In this document: one piece after another, positions 13,624 through 26,767 of the stretch | Numbering within the stretch: the first letter of the stretch is position 1 | Layout: the number at the start of each line of letters is the position of its first letter | Source of the DNA: Gnetum montanum | Taxonomy: Eukaryota > Plantae > Gnetophyta | Direction: 5' to 3' | DNA: 64,000 nucleotides | Assembly (NCBI GenBank): GCA_015680685.1 | Contig: MNCI01002597.1 | Coordinates: forward strand, 243,845-307,844 | The notes under the pieces: model-generated | Seen by the model: the letters and a program-made list of their open reading frames with translations, nothing else | Databases searched by the model: none | What the model was told of the DNA's origin: nothing | Translations under genes and position numbers: made by a program

Positions 13624-16600
13624 GAGCCTTGCAAAGCTCTTTTGGATTCAGGTTCTGGTGTTAACTTAATCTCTCAAGAGATGTATAAAGTCTAAAACTT
13701 ACCTCCATTAAAAAATAGTAACATTCATTTAGAGCTGGCCAACTAGTCCATCACTGTCCCATTAGTATTAGTGGAGGACATTGTCACCATTGTTTGTAGG
13801 TGGTCGTATCCAGCTGATTTCCTAGTGATTCAAGTCAGCAACTGTAAGGGGGACTTCCCAATCATTATGGGAAGAGCATGGCTAAGCATAATTGATGCAC
13901 ACCTAGGAATACGTGATCTTTCCCTAGAAATATCAAAGGAAAATACTTTTGGAAAGATCGAGAAGAAAAAAGTTTCATACATCACATAAAGTGACATAGG
14001 GTGTAATTGCATGCAAAAGTCCTAGTTTGAACAATGTTTAACATTGCCTACATGCAAGCAGTGTGCACAAATAACTAACATACAAAAATGCCTATATACA
14101 GCAACCATAAGACATGAAGGCACCTAGTGGTTGACAACTAACTAAGAGAACAATTTAACTATATGCATGGAACCAACTGAAAGCTTGACTTGCACCTACA
14201 TTGATAGTATAGACACATTAGAGCAAGTCCATCACCAACTTTCAAGGTCTAACATAGAAAATATCAACTAGGAGAAGTTGGAAATCCCTGATGAGTTCAA
14301 GCAAGAGCCCCTTGAGTTAAAACCGTTGCCCACCGATATGGAGTATACATTTCTCAAAAATGAAAAATTGGTAATCATTAACGTTAAGCTCGCTCCTCAA
14401 CAAAAAGAAAGACTGCTTAAAATGGTAAAAAAATGGTTGAAAGCCTTTGCTTGGTCATATCTCGAATTAACTAGAATAGATCCTAGGATGTGCCAACATA
14501 GAATTTACACTGACCCCTCCATAAAATCTTAATGACAACCGCAAAAGCAACTGAACCCAAAGCTTAAGAAAGTGGTCAAAGAAGAAATTGAACTTCTAAA
14601 AGTTGGGTTCATCTACCCCATTGCTGATAGTGAATGGGTTAGTCCCTTAGTCATTGTGCCTAAAAAGGGAGGTAAATGAAGGATGTGTATAGACTTTAGG
14701 CTACTAAACATGGCAACATTTAAAGACCATTTCCCATTACCATTCGTCGACCAAGTGTTAGATACCATTGCAAGGCATTGCTACTATAGTTTTCTGGATG
14801 GTTACAGTGGATATAATGAAATTCAAATAGCACCAAAAGACCAAGCTAAGACTACGTTCACAAGTCCTTGGGGAACATTTGCATATAGGCAAATGCCGTT
14901 TGGATTGTGCAATGCCCTAGCAACATTTCAACGTTTGGTTCTAAGCATATTTTAGCAGCAAATAGGAAATGGTGTGGAGGCAAAAACGTTGAAATGGTGC
15001 TTAATTGGCAAAGTAGACTTCGAACAAGCATTGGACTATTTCGTCACCTACAAAGTAGACTTCGAACAAGCATTGGACTGATTAGAGCAAGTACTGAAAT
15101 GGTGTGTTGAAACCAACTTAAGGCTTAATTGGCAAAAACACCATTTAATGGCCTAAGAAGGCATTGTATTAGGGCACAAGATTTTACAAATAGGGATAGA
15201 GGTAGATCCTAACAAGATTAAGATCATCCAATGAATCACTCGGCAACTTGAAACTGTAAAAGACATCCAATCATTCCTTGGACATACTGGCTATTATAGA
15301 CGCTTCATTAAGAACTTTTCAAGGATTACAAAACCTTTGGTAGAACTAACGAAGAAGGACATGCCTTTTGAATGGACCAAAGAATGTAAGCTAGCTTTCC
15401 AAAATTTGAAATAAAAGCTCATAGAAACACCTATTCTACAAGCCCCTGATTGGTCCAGACCATTCCACATAATGACTGACGGGTCCAAATTTGCTTTAGG
15501 AGTCATACTTACATAGTTAGATGACCAAAAACACCCCTATTACATCCATTGTACAAGTTGAAGTATTGCTGGTACACAATTCAATTACACCACAACAGAA
15601 AAAGAGTTAATGGCTGTGGTGTTTGCACAAGAAAAATTTAGGCACTATGTATTGGGGTATAAGATATTTGTACATACAGATCATAGTGCAATTCGGCTCC
15701 TAATGAATAAACCAATGGTGAGCCCTCGCATCATATGATGGCTCATGATCTTACAAGAGTTCGATCTTATGATGATTATTCGTAAAGGCACCGAGGATGT
15801 TGTTGCTGATCATTTATCTCGGTTACGATGGGACAACAAAGAGGATGAATATCCAATTTCTAACTGTTTCCCTAATGAACTCCTCTTTGCAAGTGTATTA
15901 AACAACCAATCACCCATAGAGACAAATGGGTATAGTGGCATTCTTGCCTATATCCTCACACAAGAAACATCACAAGGGTTAAACATTAAAAAGAAACAAC
16001 AATTTCTTCACTGAGCCAAATATTTCATGGAAATCAATGGACACCTTTATAAGGTATGTTCTGATAGCTTGGTTCAAAGGTGTGTTCCTGATGTAGATTA
16101 ATTACAAGTTCTCCAAGATGCTCATGAGGGCTCTTGTGGGGGTCATTACGCTAGGAGATGAACAACCATTAAAATCTTGCTTATAGGATATTATTGGCCT
16201 ACATTGTTCCAGGATGCTCATCATTTCGTCCAATCTTATGAGTGCTTCCAATGCGATGGAGGAATGACTATTAGAATGGAGGGTCCACAACAATGGATTC
16301 AACCCTTAGAACACTTCAACATATGGGGTATTGATTTTATGGGGCCTATTACACCAATGTCCAATGGAAAAGCCTACATTGTTGTTGCTGTTGACTATTT
16401 TACAAAGTGGGAAGAAGCAGTCGCTGTTACGAACTGTACATCATCTACTACTACATGATTGGTTCAACAAAAAATCATAAATAGGTTTGGCATGCCTCGT
16501 GCACTTATTTATAACAATGGTACACATTTCATAAGTGTGACTTTTCAAAAATTGATGCAATGCTTAGGAGTGGAGCATAAGCTGACTACACCATATCATC

Positions 16601-17206
16601 CTCAAGTGAATGGTCAAGCCAAAGTCACCAATAGGGATATCACAAAAATATTGACATGAACCATTAGCAAATATAGGTGAGACCATATCACCAAACTGAA
16701 TGATGCTCTTTGGGCATACCGCTCGACATGGAAACTCCCTATAGGCTACTCTCCCTATGAGTTAGTGTACAGTAAACTTTCCACACTTTCTATCCAAGCT
16801 AAGCTCCATACACTATCTACAGCATGTGACCTCAACCTTGACCTCGATCTAACACAAAAAGAATGGTTAATAAACCTTAACTTACTAGATGAGAATCGAT
16901 TAGCCACCCTATCATCCAATGAATTACAAAAGGCCTTCAACAAGCAATGTCATGACCTAAGGATTAGGAAAGTCAAATACCAACCAGGAGATAAGGTTCT
17001 GTATTAGAATCCCACACATGTGCCACAACGAACTAAATTTCAAACATTGTGGAAAGGACCTTATATCATTCATGAAATTTTCCTTTCAGGGGCCATGATG
17101 ATCTATAAACCCAAAAGCCCAAATAAGAAATTATTGGTCAACATCCAGCAAACCAAACCCTTCCATGAGCTTAAAACGGCCAGTACTAACACTATCTCTA
17201 TTAATG
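13624..17206 (+). pseudogene. Gypsy pol remnant (PR, RT, RNase H, integrase) of element B
   Basis: ALLDSGSGVNL, CIDFRLLN..T.KDHFPLP, FLDGYSGY, PFHIMTDGS, TTTEKEL, WGIDFMGP, AVDYFTKW, TPYHPQVNGQ, WKGPY. Multiple stops. Confidence 0.95.
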
Positions 17207-17357
17207 NNNNNNNNNNNNNNNNNNNNNNNNNNNNNNNNNNNNNNNNNNNNNNNNNNNNNNNNNNNNNNNNNNNNNNNNNNNNNNNNNNNNNNNNNNNNNN
17301 NNNNNNNNNNNNNNNNNNNNNNNNNNNNNNNNNNNNNNNNNNNNNNNNNNNNNNNNN
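17207..17357. other. Assembly gap (151 N)
   Basis: Run of N. Confidence 1.
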
Positions 17358-19098
17358 TATAATGGTGTTGATTGCTAATGTTTGGTTTTTACCTTTGACT
17401 TTTAATGTTGATGCTAAGATATGGTTTATTTTGATAAAATAGGCAATGAGTCCACATCACCCATTTATCCATGTAACTCTATGATCTTCCTTGTTTTCGA
17501 AAGTATTATCTCTTTTTCTAAGTAAACCTATTAATGAATTGGTGGCTTAATACTCTTCGAACCAAGGAAAGATTCAAATGGATAGAAAAGGATGTGACCT
17601 CAAGAGGTTTCGATGCATTTGTGCTAGCTATTCTCTTGGGTACTTGGATGTTTTTCATAAAGTCTTCCACGATTCCGCTATAGGCCAATATATCGAGAAG
17701 TTGTTTGAATCAAATAAGTCTTTGCATGGTGTGGTTCTCACATAAAAAAAACTAGTAAGAATTCAAAGCAAACCCCTTAGACATAATAAAGAAACATGAG
17801 CTACAAGCACTGGTTATGACACTAGAAAGACATGTTACCCATGCCTAAAGGTTCCCTCTAATTAAGGCCCTTTCTCACTTCCTGCTTCTTCTCTTGTTGG
17901 AATGGTGGTGGCTTGGTGGACGCATTCTTGTTGCTTCAGGAGGATGGGTTGGTCAAGTGTGTCGATGCGCAGTCACTGGATGTGGATAGTTGAATCTGGA
18001 TTTGGAAAGAATTTTATTAAGTCACCTTAACAACATATTACACAAGGGACTTTACACAACCTTAATTTTGGGATTCCATTCCATTCTCCATTCTCTCCTC
18101 TCTTTCTAAATTGCTTTCCACATTCCACCTCATTGTCAATTTTATGATGAGTCTATATCTTGGTTAATGCATTGTTATTCTTTGGTAAACTCTTGTGGGT
18201 AAGTTCTTAACCATTGTTTCCATATGTCATTCAGAGAGCCTACAAACTCTTTGGTTTGTGGGTTTGTCAAGGCATTAAGGGCATGGGACTACTTTGGGGA
18301 GGATCCACTAGCATTCCTTTTTGGTGCAATTGTTAAGCTCTTTCCCTTAAACATTTCCACAATCAACTATTTCCTGTTTCACCCCATCAATAACATCCAT
18401 TTTCTTTTTTTCTTTTTTTTTTCTTTTTTTTTCTTTTTTTTTTTGCTTTATGGGCTTCACCATTGTTATTTCTCTTATCTTTCTTGTTCTTTAAAGTTTT
18501 CCATCTTATTGCTACCAGAGGTTCACTTTTAGTCGTGGGGGCCTTGTCACAAATTTTTCCATTCCATACTTATCTTACCCCTACACATTGGGTAGTTATC
18601 AGTCATAAACCTCTAACCCAGTATCTGCCATACCCACAACCTAGCCAATGTGCTTTATATCGAGGCAAGGTGTCAACTACATTAGGTTTTATCTATCCTT
18701 GCTGATTTGTGATTGTGTTGTATGTGCAAATGATGATTACACAAACAATGGACTGGGATGGGAGGGAGCACTCAGGATGGACTAAAGCAAAAGTATTCAT
18801 GCAAGGAACAAGCTTGGTCATGTGGCTATGGATGAACAACAGTGTGCATAATTTCGACATCGGCAGCAACACGCCTCATTTTCTTTTTCTCTCTCTCTCT
18901 CTTCAAGTTATCGAATGAGGGTCTGGATGTCATCTATGTACAGTGTTCACCACAACAGGCATGAACACCAATGCTGTAATATATTTGTTGATCTGTTCAT
19001 CGGGCACTTTGAGTCTATCACTCCATGTCAATAATCCCATATCTTCCAAACATTTTGTAAGGAACTCAAGGACTAGTTTTCATTCAGTCATGGGGATA

Positions 19099-19944
19099 TG
19101 ATGAGCCGCGATATCGAGATCGTGATATCAGATCTGCAATATCGGGTCTACGATATCAGAGCCTACCAAGCGATATTGGACATCCGATGTCGGAACTTGC
19201 CTCATCGCCTATAAATAAGAGGTAGTCACACTTGGTTTGACAATTAGATAGTTAGTTTCTTATTGAAACTCTTGCAGTTTCTCCTTTTTAGAGTTAGAAC
19301 TATTTCTAAGTGCCTACAGTAGAAGTCATAAAGTGAACAAATCTTTATTCGAGCATTGAGTACCTGAGCATACCTTGTGTCCAGAAATAAAGATGAACTT
19401 TGTGATAAACCTTGCAACATTTAGAATAGCTTATTTCTTGCATTTAATGTTATTTATAGTTATTTAATGCTTTCATTAGTTAATTGATGTTGCCTTTATT
19501 GATTCGTAACTTTTCCTAAGTAAGCACATTTAGTACGACCACTTCAAGCATACGTGGAACACTTGGTAACCCAGTAACGATTAGCGTTTGGTAATCCCAG
19601 TACTGTTGCACTAGTTCAGGATGTGTATAGAAAGTGGGAATGAATGCCAATGTTAGGACTAGTTAGAGCCTAGTTGATTAGTTAAATTAAATTAGTTATT
19701 CAATTAATTCACTTCTTCCCTTTTTAGCACCAAGACATAAAACATAAAAAGCATAAAAATCATATACCCCAAGTTTACTTAATCATACAATTGTGCCATA
19801 CAAATAATCTTGGGAAGACAACGATCGCCTAACCCATCCTTGTTATGTGAAAGCACATAAGCACTTAGTCCTTGGAGTTCAACTGGATCGTGCTTAATGC
19901 TCGTATTCGTATGGTTGAGAAAAGGGGTACCTCACCACTCATCA
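19099..19944 (+). repeat. 3' LTR of element B (846 bp)
   Basis: TGATGAG...CTCATCA termini, preceded by CATGGGGATA, TATA box CTATAAATA near 19209, family-specific end GGGGTACCTCACCACTCATCA. Confidence 0.88.
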
Positions 19945-20080
19945 ATTAGCAAAACAAAAATCATAGTGTGCTCTGAGAATTTTTTGTAGTAATTATAAAA
20001 TAAGATATGACTCTCAAGTTTGTTCCAATGATTTAAATACTTTCACTGGGTCCTAGATAGCACACAAAAAAATAAAAAGG

Positions 20081-20098
20081 TCCCTAGCAACAATGCCA
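20081..20098 (-). other. Degenerate tRNA-Asp PBS of element A
   Basis: Reverse complement TGGCATTGTTGCTAGGGA versus the Athila-type TGGCGCCGTTGCCGGGGA, adjacent to the LTR end. Confidence 0.65.
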
Positions 20099-20099
20099 A

Positions 20100-22627
20100 T
20101 GATGAGCAGTGAGGTACCCCTATGCCCAACCATATGAATCACTAAGGCGTTACACACAATCTAGTCGAATTCTATGGACCTATAGTTATCTCATACAATA
20201 GTTCCTCTAGGAAGTGAAACAACATTAAGAACATTTTTTGTCTTCCCAACTACACTTGTGAGGCTTAAGGATATGATTTAAGTGTAATTGAGGTATATGA
20301 ATTTTTATCATTTTTATATTTTATTGATGTAATCAACTACAACAAGAATAAGGGTAGAGTAGATTGAAAACGAGTGTCTATTGCCTAGCTAGCCTAACAC
20401 AAGTAACTGCCCCATTTTCCTAGACACATCCTGAACACATATAGCACTGCTAGGCTATCAAACATTAAGCATTGCTAGGTTACCAAGTACTATATGAATG
20501 CTTGAAGTGGTCATGCTTGTGTTCATTAATTTCTGAAAATAAATTGCTTAATCAAATACATTAAAGTAAAGAATAAAAAAGTAGAATGCATTAAAGAAAA
20601 TATTAAGCTATTCTTAGTGCTACAAGGATTGTCAAAAGAGTTCATTTTATTCCTATCACACTGCTATGCTCAGGCACATCAATGCATGAACAAAGAACCG
20701 TACATACTTTAGACTCCTTCTGCAGGCACTCAGAAAATATTCTAACTCTAGGGAGAAGAAACAGCAAGAGCTTTGCTACTATTGATGCCAACATCACCCA
20801 TGCTAGGCATGGGACCATGATTAACAAGTATAATTCCCTAGCACTGTGCACAAAGAAAGTTAATTTGTACAAGTATGTCTTAGGGCCCAATTCATAATGG
20901 TGAGCTTGTGGCAACAGTTAAATTGTCATGTCATGATGGCATAAACATAATAGCCTGGGTGGTGTAGAATGTGGGTTACGTAACAGCCCGAGTGGTGGAC
21001 ATAACCATTGTAATAATGGTGTGAGTTATGTCTAGCGCAAGTGTTGGGCATAACCAACAATGACAGTGGTGGATGACTTGGTGGTCATAGGTGTTACAAA
21101 AGTTGTGTAATGGCCTGAGTGGTGGGTGTAACCAACATGGGACATTGGCATTTAAACACCCAGATGAGCAACTATAAAGGCGGTGGGTGAGAAAACATTG
21201 AAAAGGGGGAAAAGCATATGGCCTTCTTTCTCTTCCACATTGGGGGCCAACCTCTCTCTCATCAGATCCAGCCTCTCTCTCACATTGGGAGCTATTCTCT
21301 CTCTCATTGGGGCCTACCTCTCTCTCATCAAGGTCCAACCTCTCCTCTCTCTAACGATGCATGTGGTAGATAGAATGGCAAGTGTGCTAGGAAACAGAGG
21401 CTTTGAACGACATGTCTATAGCACGTAGAATAGATAGCAATGACATCTCTCTCTCTCTCTCTCCCTCTTTCCCTCTTTTAGTAGTGTCAAAGTGGTGTTA
21501 GAGGACAAGGGATCAGTAGACAACCTCCCTCTCTCTGTAGATTCAAATCAACGACTATAGTAGGGTTCTCTCTTCTTCCTCTCTTCGGCAATGGTGAAGT
21601 TGCAACAAATGTCCTCCCTAGGTTTTTTGCCACCAATGGCAGGTTGTGTGGTAGGTGACAGCAAGGCACGTTGTAGTGGAACATTGGACAAATCTCTCTC
21701 TCTTTCTCCCTCTTTTAGTAACTCTAAGGCAATGTCAGAGGACAAGGGATTAATAAAAAACCTCCCTCTCTCTATAGATCCAAATCAGTGACTACAGCAG
21801 GGTTCTCTCTTCTTCCTCTCTTTGGCAATGGTGAAGCTACAATAGGTGGCCTCCCTAGGTTTTCTGCCACCAACAAAAGGTTGTGTGGTAGGCGACAGCG
21901 AGGCGCATGATGGTGGAACACTAGATAAATCTCTCTCTCCTTTTTCTTTTTACATGACACATGGGATAGTAGCTACAAGTGTGCACGATAGCATACAAGA
22001 AGTGACTCACTTTGATAGTCCCTAACCATGCAGTCTCTTCATCTTAATGCCTTTCTTATTTCATTTTTCTTTCTTGTCATCTTCCAACAACAGATGACAC
22101 CAACATGCGATCTCTCTTGGCAATGTGGGATCTAGCTTCCTCTATCCCTCTTCATGTGGCGATCGCCATCTTCCCGCCCAGTAGTGGACACCATTAGCAG
22201 TGATAGATCAACAACATTAGCAGTACCAAGGAAAATTTAAATTTTCTTGCTACCTACTATGTTTTGATGAAGTCTTGAATTTTAAAACAGTTGTTCAATT
22301 TGAATTCTCCCAACTTTTCAGTTTAATTTATTTTGTTTTGAAGCATCACATGGCCCTCTCTAGTTGAGACTATTCCTAGGTTTCCATACCCATACAAGAG
22401 GCGCCCTAGGCAATAGTCTCCTCAAACTAGTTTTTCCCCAGGTGTTAATGTAACCAAAATTTATGTATCAATAGCTACCTTGCTTGAAAAATGAAAATTG
22501 ACGAATGAGTTACCTCCAAAACTGGAGCCCAAGCACGATATTTATAAACTCAGTGTATATACTCCAACGTTGTGTACACGACGTCATAGCCCTAACGTCA
22601 CGATCGACACAAAATAGTGATTCATCA
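20100..22627 (-). repeat. 5' LTR of element A, split by a solo LTR
   Basis: Family LTR sequence at 20100-20779 resumes at 22479-22627, with a minus-strand TATAAATA near 22545. Confidence 0.8.
20780..22473 (+). mobile_element. Solo LTR related to the element T family (1694 bp)
   Basis: TSD GCTAC at 20775-20779 and 22474-22478. Termini TATTGATG...TATCAATA are decayed versions of TGTTGATG...CATCAACA. The first ~50 bp and last ~330 bp align with the T LTR. Internal ~240-bp duplication at 21450-21940. Confidence 0.85.
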
Positions 22628-24456
22628 TTATATATAAGTCAAGTGCATGCTTGAGGAAATATATTAGCAAAGAAGTTTGTAGGTACCACATTTGTATCTA
22701 ATTTTAATGTTATTTTCCTATTATTTTATTATTTTGTATGAGTAATGAAACTTTAATATATGTTTGTATAGAAATTCTTTGAAGATTGATCTTCTCTTCC
22801 AAGTACAATATTTTTTTGTCATTATCTCAAGAATCAAGCCTTTCCAAAGATTTAAAAAATGATAATGAAATCACTTATATTCCTTAAAGAAATAATCCAA
22901 GGTGTAATGTTCATAACAAAATGTTGCTTCAAACGTAGAGGACAAATACAAATTTTTAGCTTATTATGTCCAATATGTTGCCAAGGAGAGTAACTGAATT
23001 ATTTTTTTTTAAAGATGTTCATTGGCATTATTGAGCACATCATATAAAACTTAACTTCTTAAAATTTAATGTGAAATCATGAAATAATATCGAAATTGTC
23101 AAACAAACTAATAAAAGTTGCTATAACTAAATGGCTATCAATGCATTAAATTTTTAAAAAGAGCTTAAAGAAAATAAAATATATATTCCAAATATACTGA
23201 TGCTATAAAAACATTACATAATTGTTGCAACAAACTTTTTAGAGTTTTAGAATAGAAATGAGTATTAGGAATAATAGAGATAAAATGATGACAAAGGAAA
23301 GAATAGATTTGGTAATGAAGTACTTGGAGGGTATAAAATGATGTAGTGGTGTGCAACAAGTACAAATTACAGAAGTCACGCAAGTGGGTCCTCCCCAAAG
23401 CAAGTTCCAACCTATAATGCCCTTGCGTAACCACACCTGAAAATGTCTGTAGGCACTAGAAGGGTTAAATGTAATCTATACCAATGCAACAAAACACACA
23501 CATGTAGATACCACCATGATGAGGTATGAATTCAATGCTACACAAGACATAAGTCACAAATACATGAACAGCGAGATGGGATGAATCGGAGAAGGGATTG
23601 TACAGATTGAGACGTGAGGTAACTAACTTCAAGCACAATGAATCTTGAGTGTAGGGCATGATTAATGTGTCATTAGCCCATGGCTCCAAAATCAAGATCA
23701 AGTCCATTCCTCCGATCAATGACATCGCATTGTTTCATCCAATGATGGACAATAATAAGAGCGCCATGACAGCAAGGTGTATGATCACTTGGTGTTTGTG
23801 TAAGGAAGGAGTGACTTAAAATTTCTTTGTGGCATACTTTTTATTTGGCCACTTTGGCACACTCTCTTTTCTCTCTCTTTTTTTTGATGAAGCACTTAAT
23901 CTAGAGAAGCCACCTACCTTCAGGCATGGGTGCATGTCTTTCCAGTGGGACCTCCTAGAATAGCGTTAGGTTCTTTATTAGGTGCCTTTAATACTCTTAC
24001 TCTCATTTTCCATTAGATCTACAAGGACCTTAGTACAACCAAGCTGCATGATAGCACCTATAGATGTCACCAAAGAGAATCCATAAGTCCCCTTGATGTC
24101 ACACCCTGGCCATTCCCTCTTAGTCCATCCTTCTTCCCTCTGGGCATAATGAGCACAAAATTACTTTAAGTTTCATGATGACAAGAATATCATCATACCC
24201 AGAGTAGAACCTCCTATTAATAGAATGGTTGGGTGGATGTGGTGGGTTCGTTGTTCAAATAATTAGTCACCTGATACTTGATAGCATAGAATAACACCTC
24301 AACCAATGAGTCACATGAGCGTTTTATTCATAGATGAGATTACTCATAAAAGGATAAAAAGACAAAAAGATAAAACAATAAATTAAAAGTTGAAAAGCTG
24401 GAAAAAAAAAGTTAAAAAATTAAAGAAACAGAAAAACATTTATTAATTCTATGTTG

Positions 24457-26760
24457 TTAGAATGGAGGATAGCCCCCATAACTAAACGGTTGAGCATGGC
24501 TAGAGTTAATAAATGGAAGGTTAGGATCCTTGCATGTTGGAAATATTGGGACCTGGTCATACTTACCCCATTGGCGTTCACACACTTGATTAAAGTTGAC
24601 ATAGTTGGGCAAGTTATAAGATGTGGTTAATTTATAAGGAGTTAACCCACTATGGTACTTGTGATTATAAGATGGTATGCAAGGATCAACATGTCTCCCC
24701 ATGTGGCAATATTCATTAGGCCCCATGGTTGTTGGAGTGTTTATTGGTGGCCCAGATAGAGTAACAGGAGGCATTGAGTTCGAGGAAGAAGATGCATCAC
24801 AACACTAAACTTGTGCTAAGTTGGTGGATGTAGTGATTTCAGAACTATGTTGTCTCTTTCTATAGTCATGCTTAAAGAAAGGATGCTTCTGATGTTGTGG
24901 AGGACCTCTGCTGCTGTTGACAGTAGCAGCATAAGTAACGTTTGTGGGTTGGTGTTGTGGTGCAAAATCTTCTAGCATTGTTGGTGGTAATGTAGAAGGG
25001 GATGAAGTATGAGAATATTGAGGTTGAGGAGAAGTGTAAGGCACATGAGGTGGTGATCTTGTTGGAGAGAACATGGGTGGATAGTACTCAGGAGAATGAT
25101 AATGATGAGGTGAGGTAGAGGATGCTAATCCCGTTGGAGAAATAGGGTGTTGAACATAATAAGCATTTGGTGTTGGGACATATGAAGGGTATGGTCTAGT
25201 TGGTGTTGGCCTCCCCCACGACTGAGGTTTTTGCCACTGTGGTTGAACCTGATATTTCTGTACAAAATCTAGATGTAACATTCCTCCCCAATGCTTGTGT
25301 AAATGTAACAAAATTGGACATTGGCCTTTGGGGTGATCGTACAGACAGATGTTACATTGATATGTGAAATTGCAAGTTGAGTTCTTATTCTTGTGATCTT
25401 CTACCCTTTGTTTCGATTGTCGCGTGGTGTCATGTCTTGTTTCTCGATTTGGCATAGTTCTTCCTCTAATAATGTTGGCATATTCTCCACATCTCTCATG
25501 TACCCAGTCTGTCATCTTATTGATCTTTGCCTCAATTTCATCTAGTGATTGTAGGATTGGAAAAGATGATTCCACCTCCTTGAAGTGAGTTGATTTCTCC
25601 TCTTCATGATCATGGACCCTAGTTAAGTTGAGATTTTGGTCCTGTTGAGAACTTTCAACATTCTCCCATTTGGCTATTTCTCCTTCTTCTTTTGCTACCC
25701 GCTTAATAAGCTCTTGAAATTGATGGGTTCGTAGCTCATATAGTTGACCTCGGGTGTACATCCCTAGGATCTCCCTTGTTTCATTACAGAGCCCATCTAT
25801 GATATGGTACATTAGCCTTTCCTCGGAGAAACCATGGCCTGGGCAGTTTTTTAACAGTGCATAATATCTTTCTAAGGCCATGTCCAAGGGTTCATGTTGT
25901 GCTTGTTTCCACTCTTGGATTTGTCTCCTCAAGGCTGACACTCTTGCATAAGTTTGATATCTTTCATTGAAGAGTCCTATCATTGTCGGCCAACTTCGAA
26001 TTGATTTCGATTTTAAAGACCTATACCATACTTTTGCTTGGCCAACAAGTGTCATAGGAAAGAGCTTAAGTTTTTTCTATCCATTATCAATATTGTTCCA
26101 TGTACAAGCATCGTAGAAGGCTTGTAAATGTTGTTGCGGATCTAAATCATAGCCTCCTAAAAACTTGAGAAAGTTGTTTAAATCAAGCATGGGTAGACAA
26201 CTTTTCTTATGATGCCTGCGGGCAATTTGAATAGTCTCTTGTATAAGCATTAGGCTCTTAGTGGCCAGCAGGGGTTCATCGNCCTCTTGTATAAGCATTA
26301 GGCTCTTAGTGGCTAGCAGGGGGTCATCGTCACTAGGTAGGCTATGAGTTTGCGAGTTGGGATGATGTTGTCTTTGTTCATGTTGGTGTTTCTGACTTTG
26401 CCTGTGGGTTCGATTTCTATTTCTACGTCGACCCCTAAAGAGATGATCATCCATGTCATGACTTGACGTTGAAGGAGCAAAGGAAGAGAAAGAGTTGGAA
26501 GACTCGTCATGACTTTTGTAAGTCTCCCAATCATCCTTGGATAAATTTTTGTTAATTATTAAGAAGGTCCCAGGTTTTACGAGCTCCCTCATTCTATGGG
26601 ATGTCTCATCCTTGCTAGAGGTGTCAGAGTTGGATGATGAGAGTCCTTGAGTATCGTTGGGGTGTCTATGAACATATGAAACTCCTGCATAAGATTGAGT
26701 ACTCCAAACTTCTTCGTTGGTTCTCCAATGAACTGCCTCACTAGATGTTGCATTATCACT
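24457..26760 (-). pseudogene. gag of element C (416-codon open stretch at 26055-24805)
   Basis: DPQQHLQAFYDAC..NG*KKLKLFPMTLVGQAKVWYRSL....RSW, CPGHGF, Zn knuckle CNICLYDHPKGQC and a Pro/Ser-rich tail. TAG at 26079-26077 where element B has W. Confidence 0.85.
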
Positions 26761-26767
26761 ATCTTGT

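Larger units (their letters stand above)
4610..19944 (+). mobile_element. Athila-like Ty3/gypsy element B (5'-truncated, nested in A in the opposite orientation)
   Basis: gag remnant, protease split by element T, RT/RH/INT to 17206, ~1.7 kb of 3' non-coding DNA, then PPT and 3' LTR. No 5' LTR or PBS is present. Confidence 0.8.
1..22627 (-). mobile_element. Athila-like Ty3/gypsy element A (decayed, host of nested insertions, runs off the left edge)
   Basis: On the minus strand the 5' LTR starts TGATGAATCA at 22627 and ends CTCATCA at 20100, followed by an Asp-type PBS. RT-RH-INT remnant at 4605-2125, PPT at 46-37, and a similar LTR start (TGATGAATCATCATTTTGTG) at 36. Pairing the two ends as one element is inferred from this shared LTR start. 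Confidence 0.7.

Noticed and set aside
17358-19098. Expected env-like ORF of Athila elements (also checked 47-2100)
   Set aside because: No credible ORF. The Phe-rich ORF at 18224-18532 comes from a poly-T tract. The gap at 17207 could hide sequence.
26236-26330. ~47-bp duplication in gag of C (PLLATKSLMLIQE twice)
   Set aside because: Centred on the N at 26282, so likely an assembly artefact.
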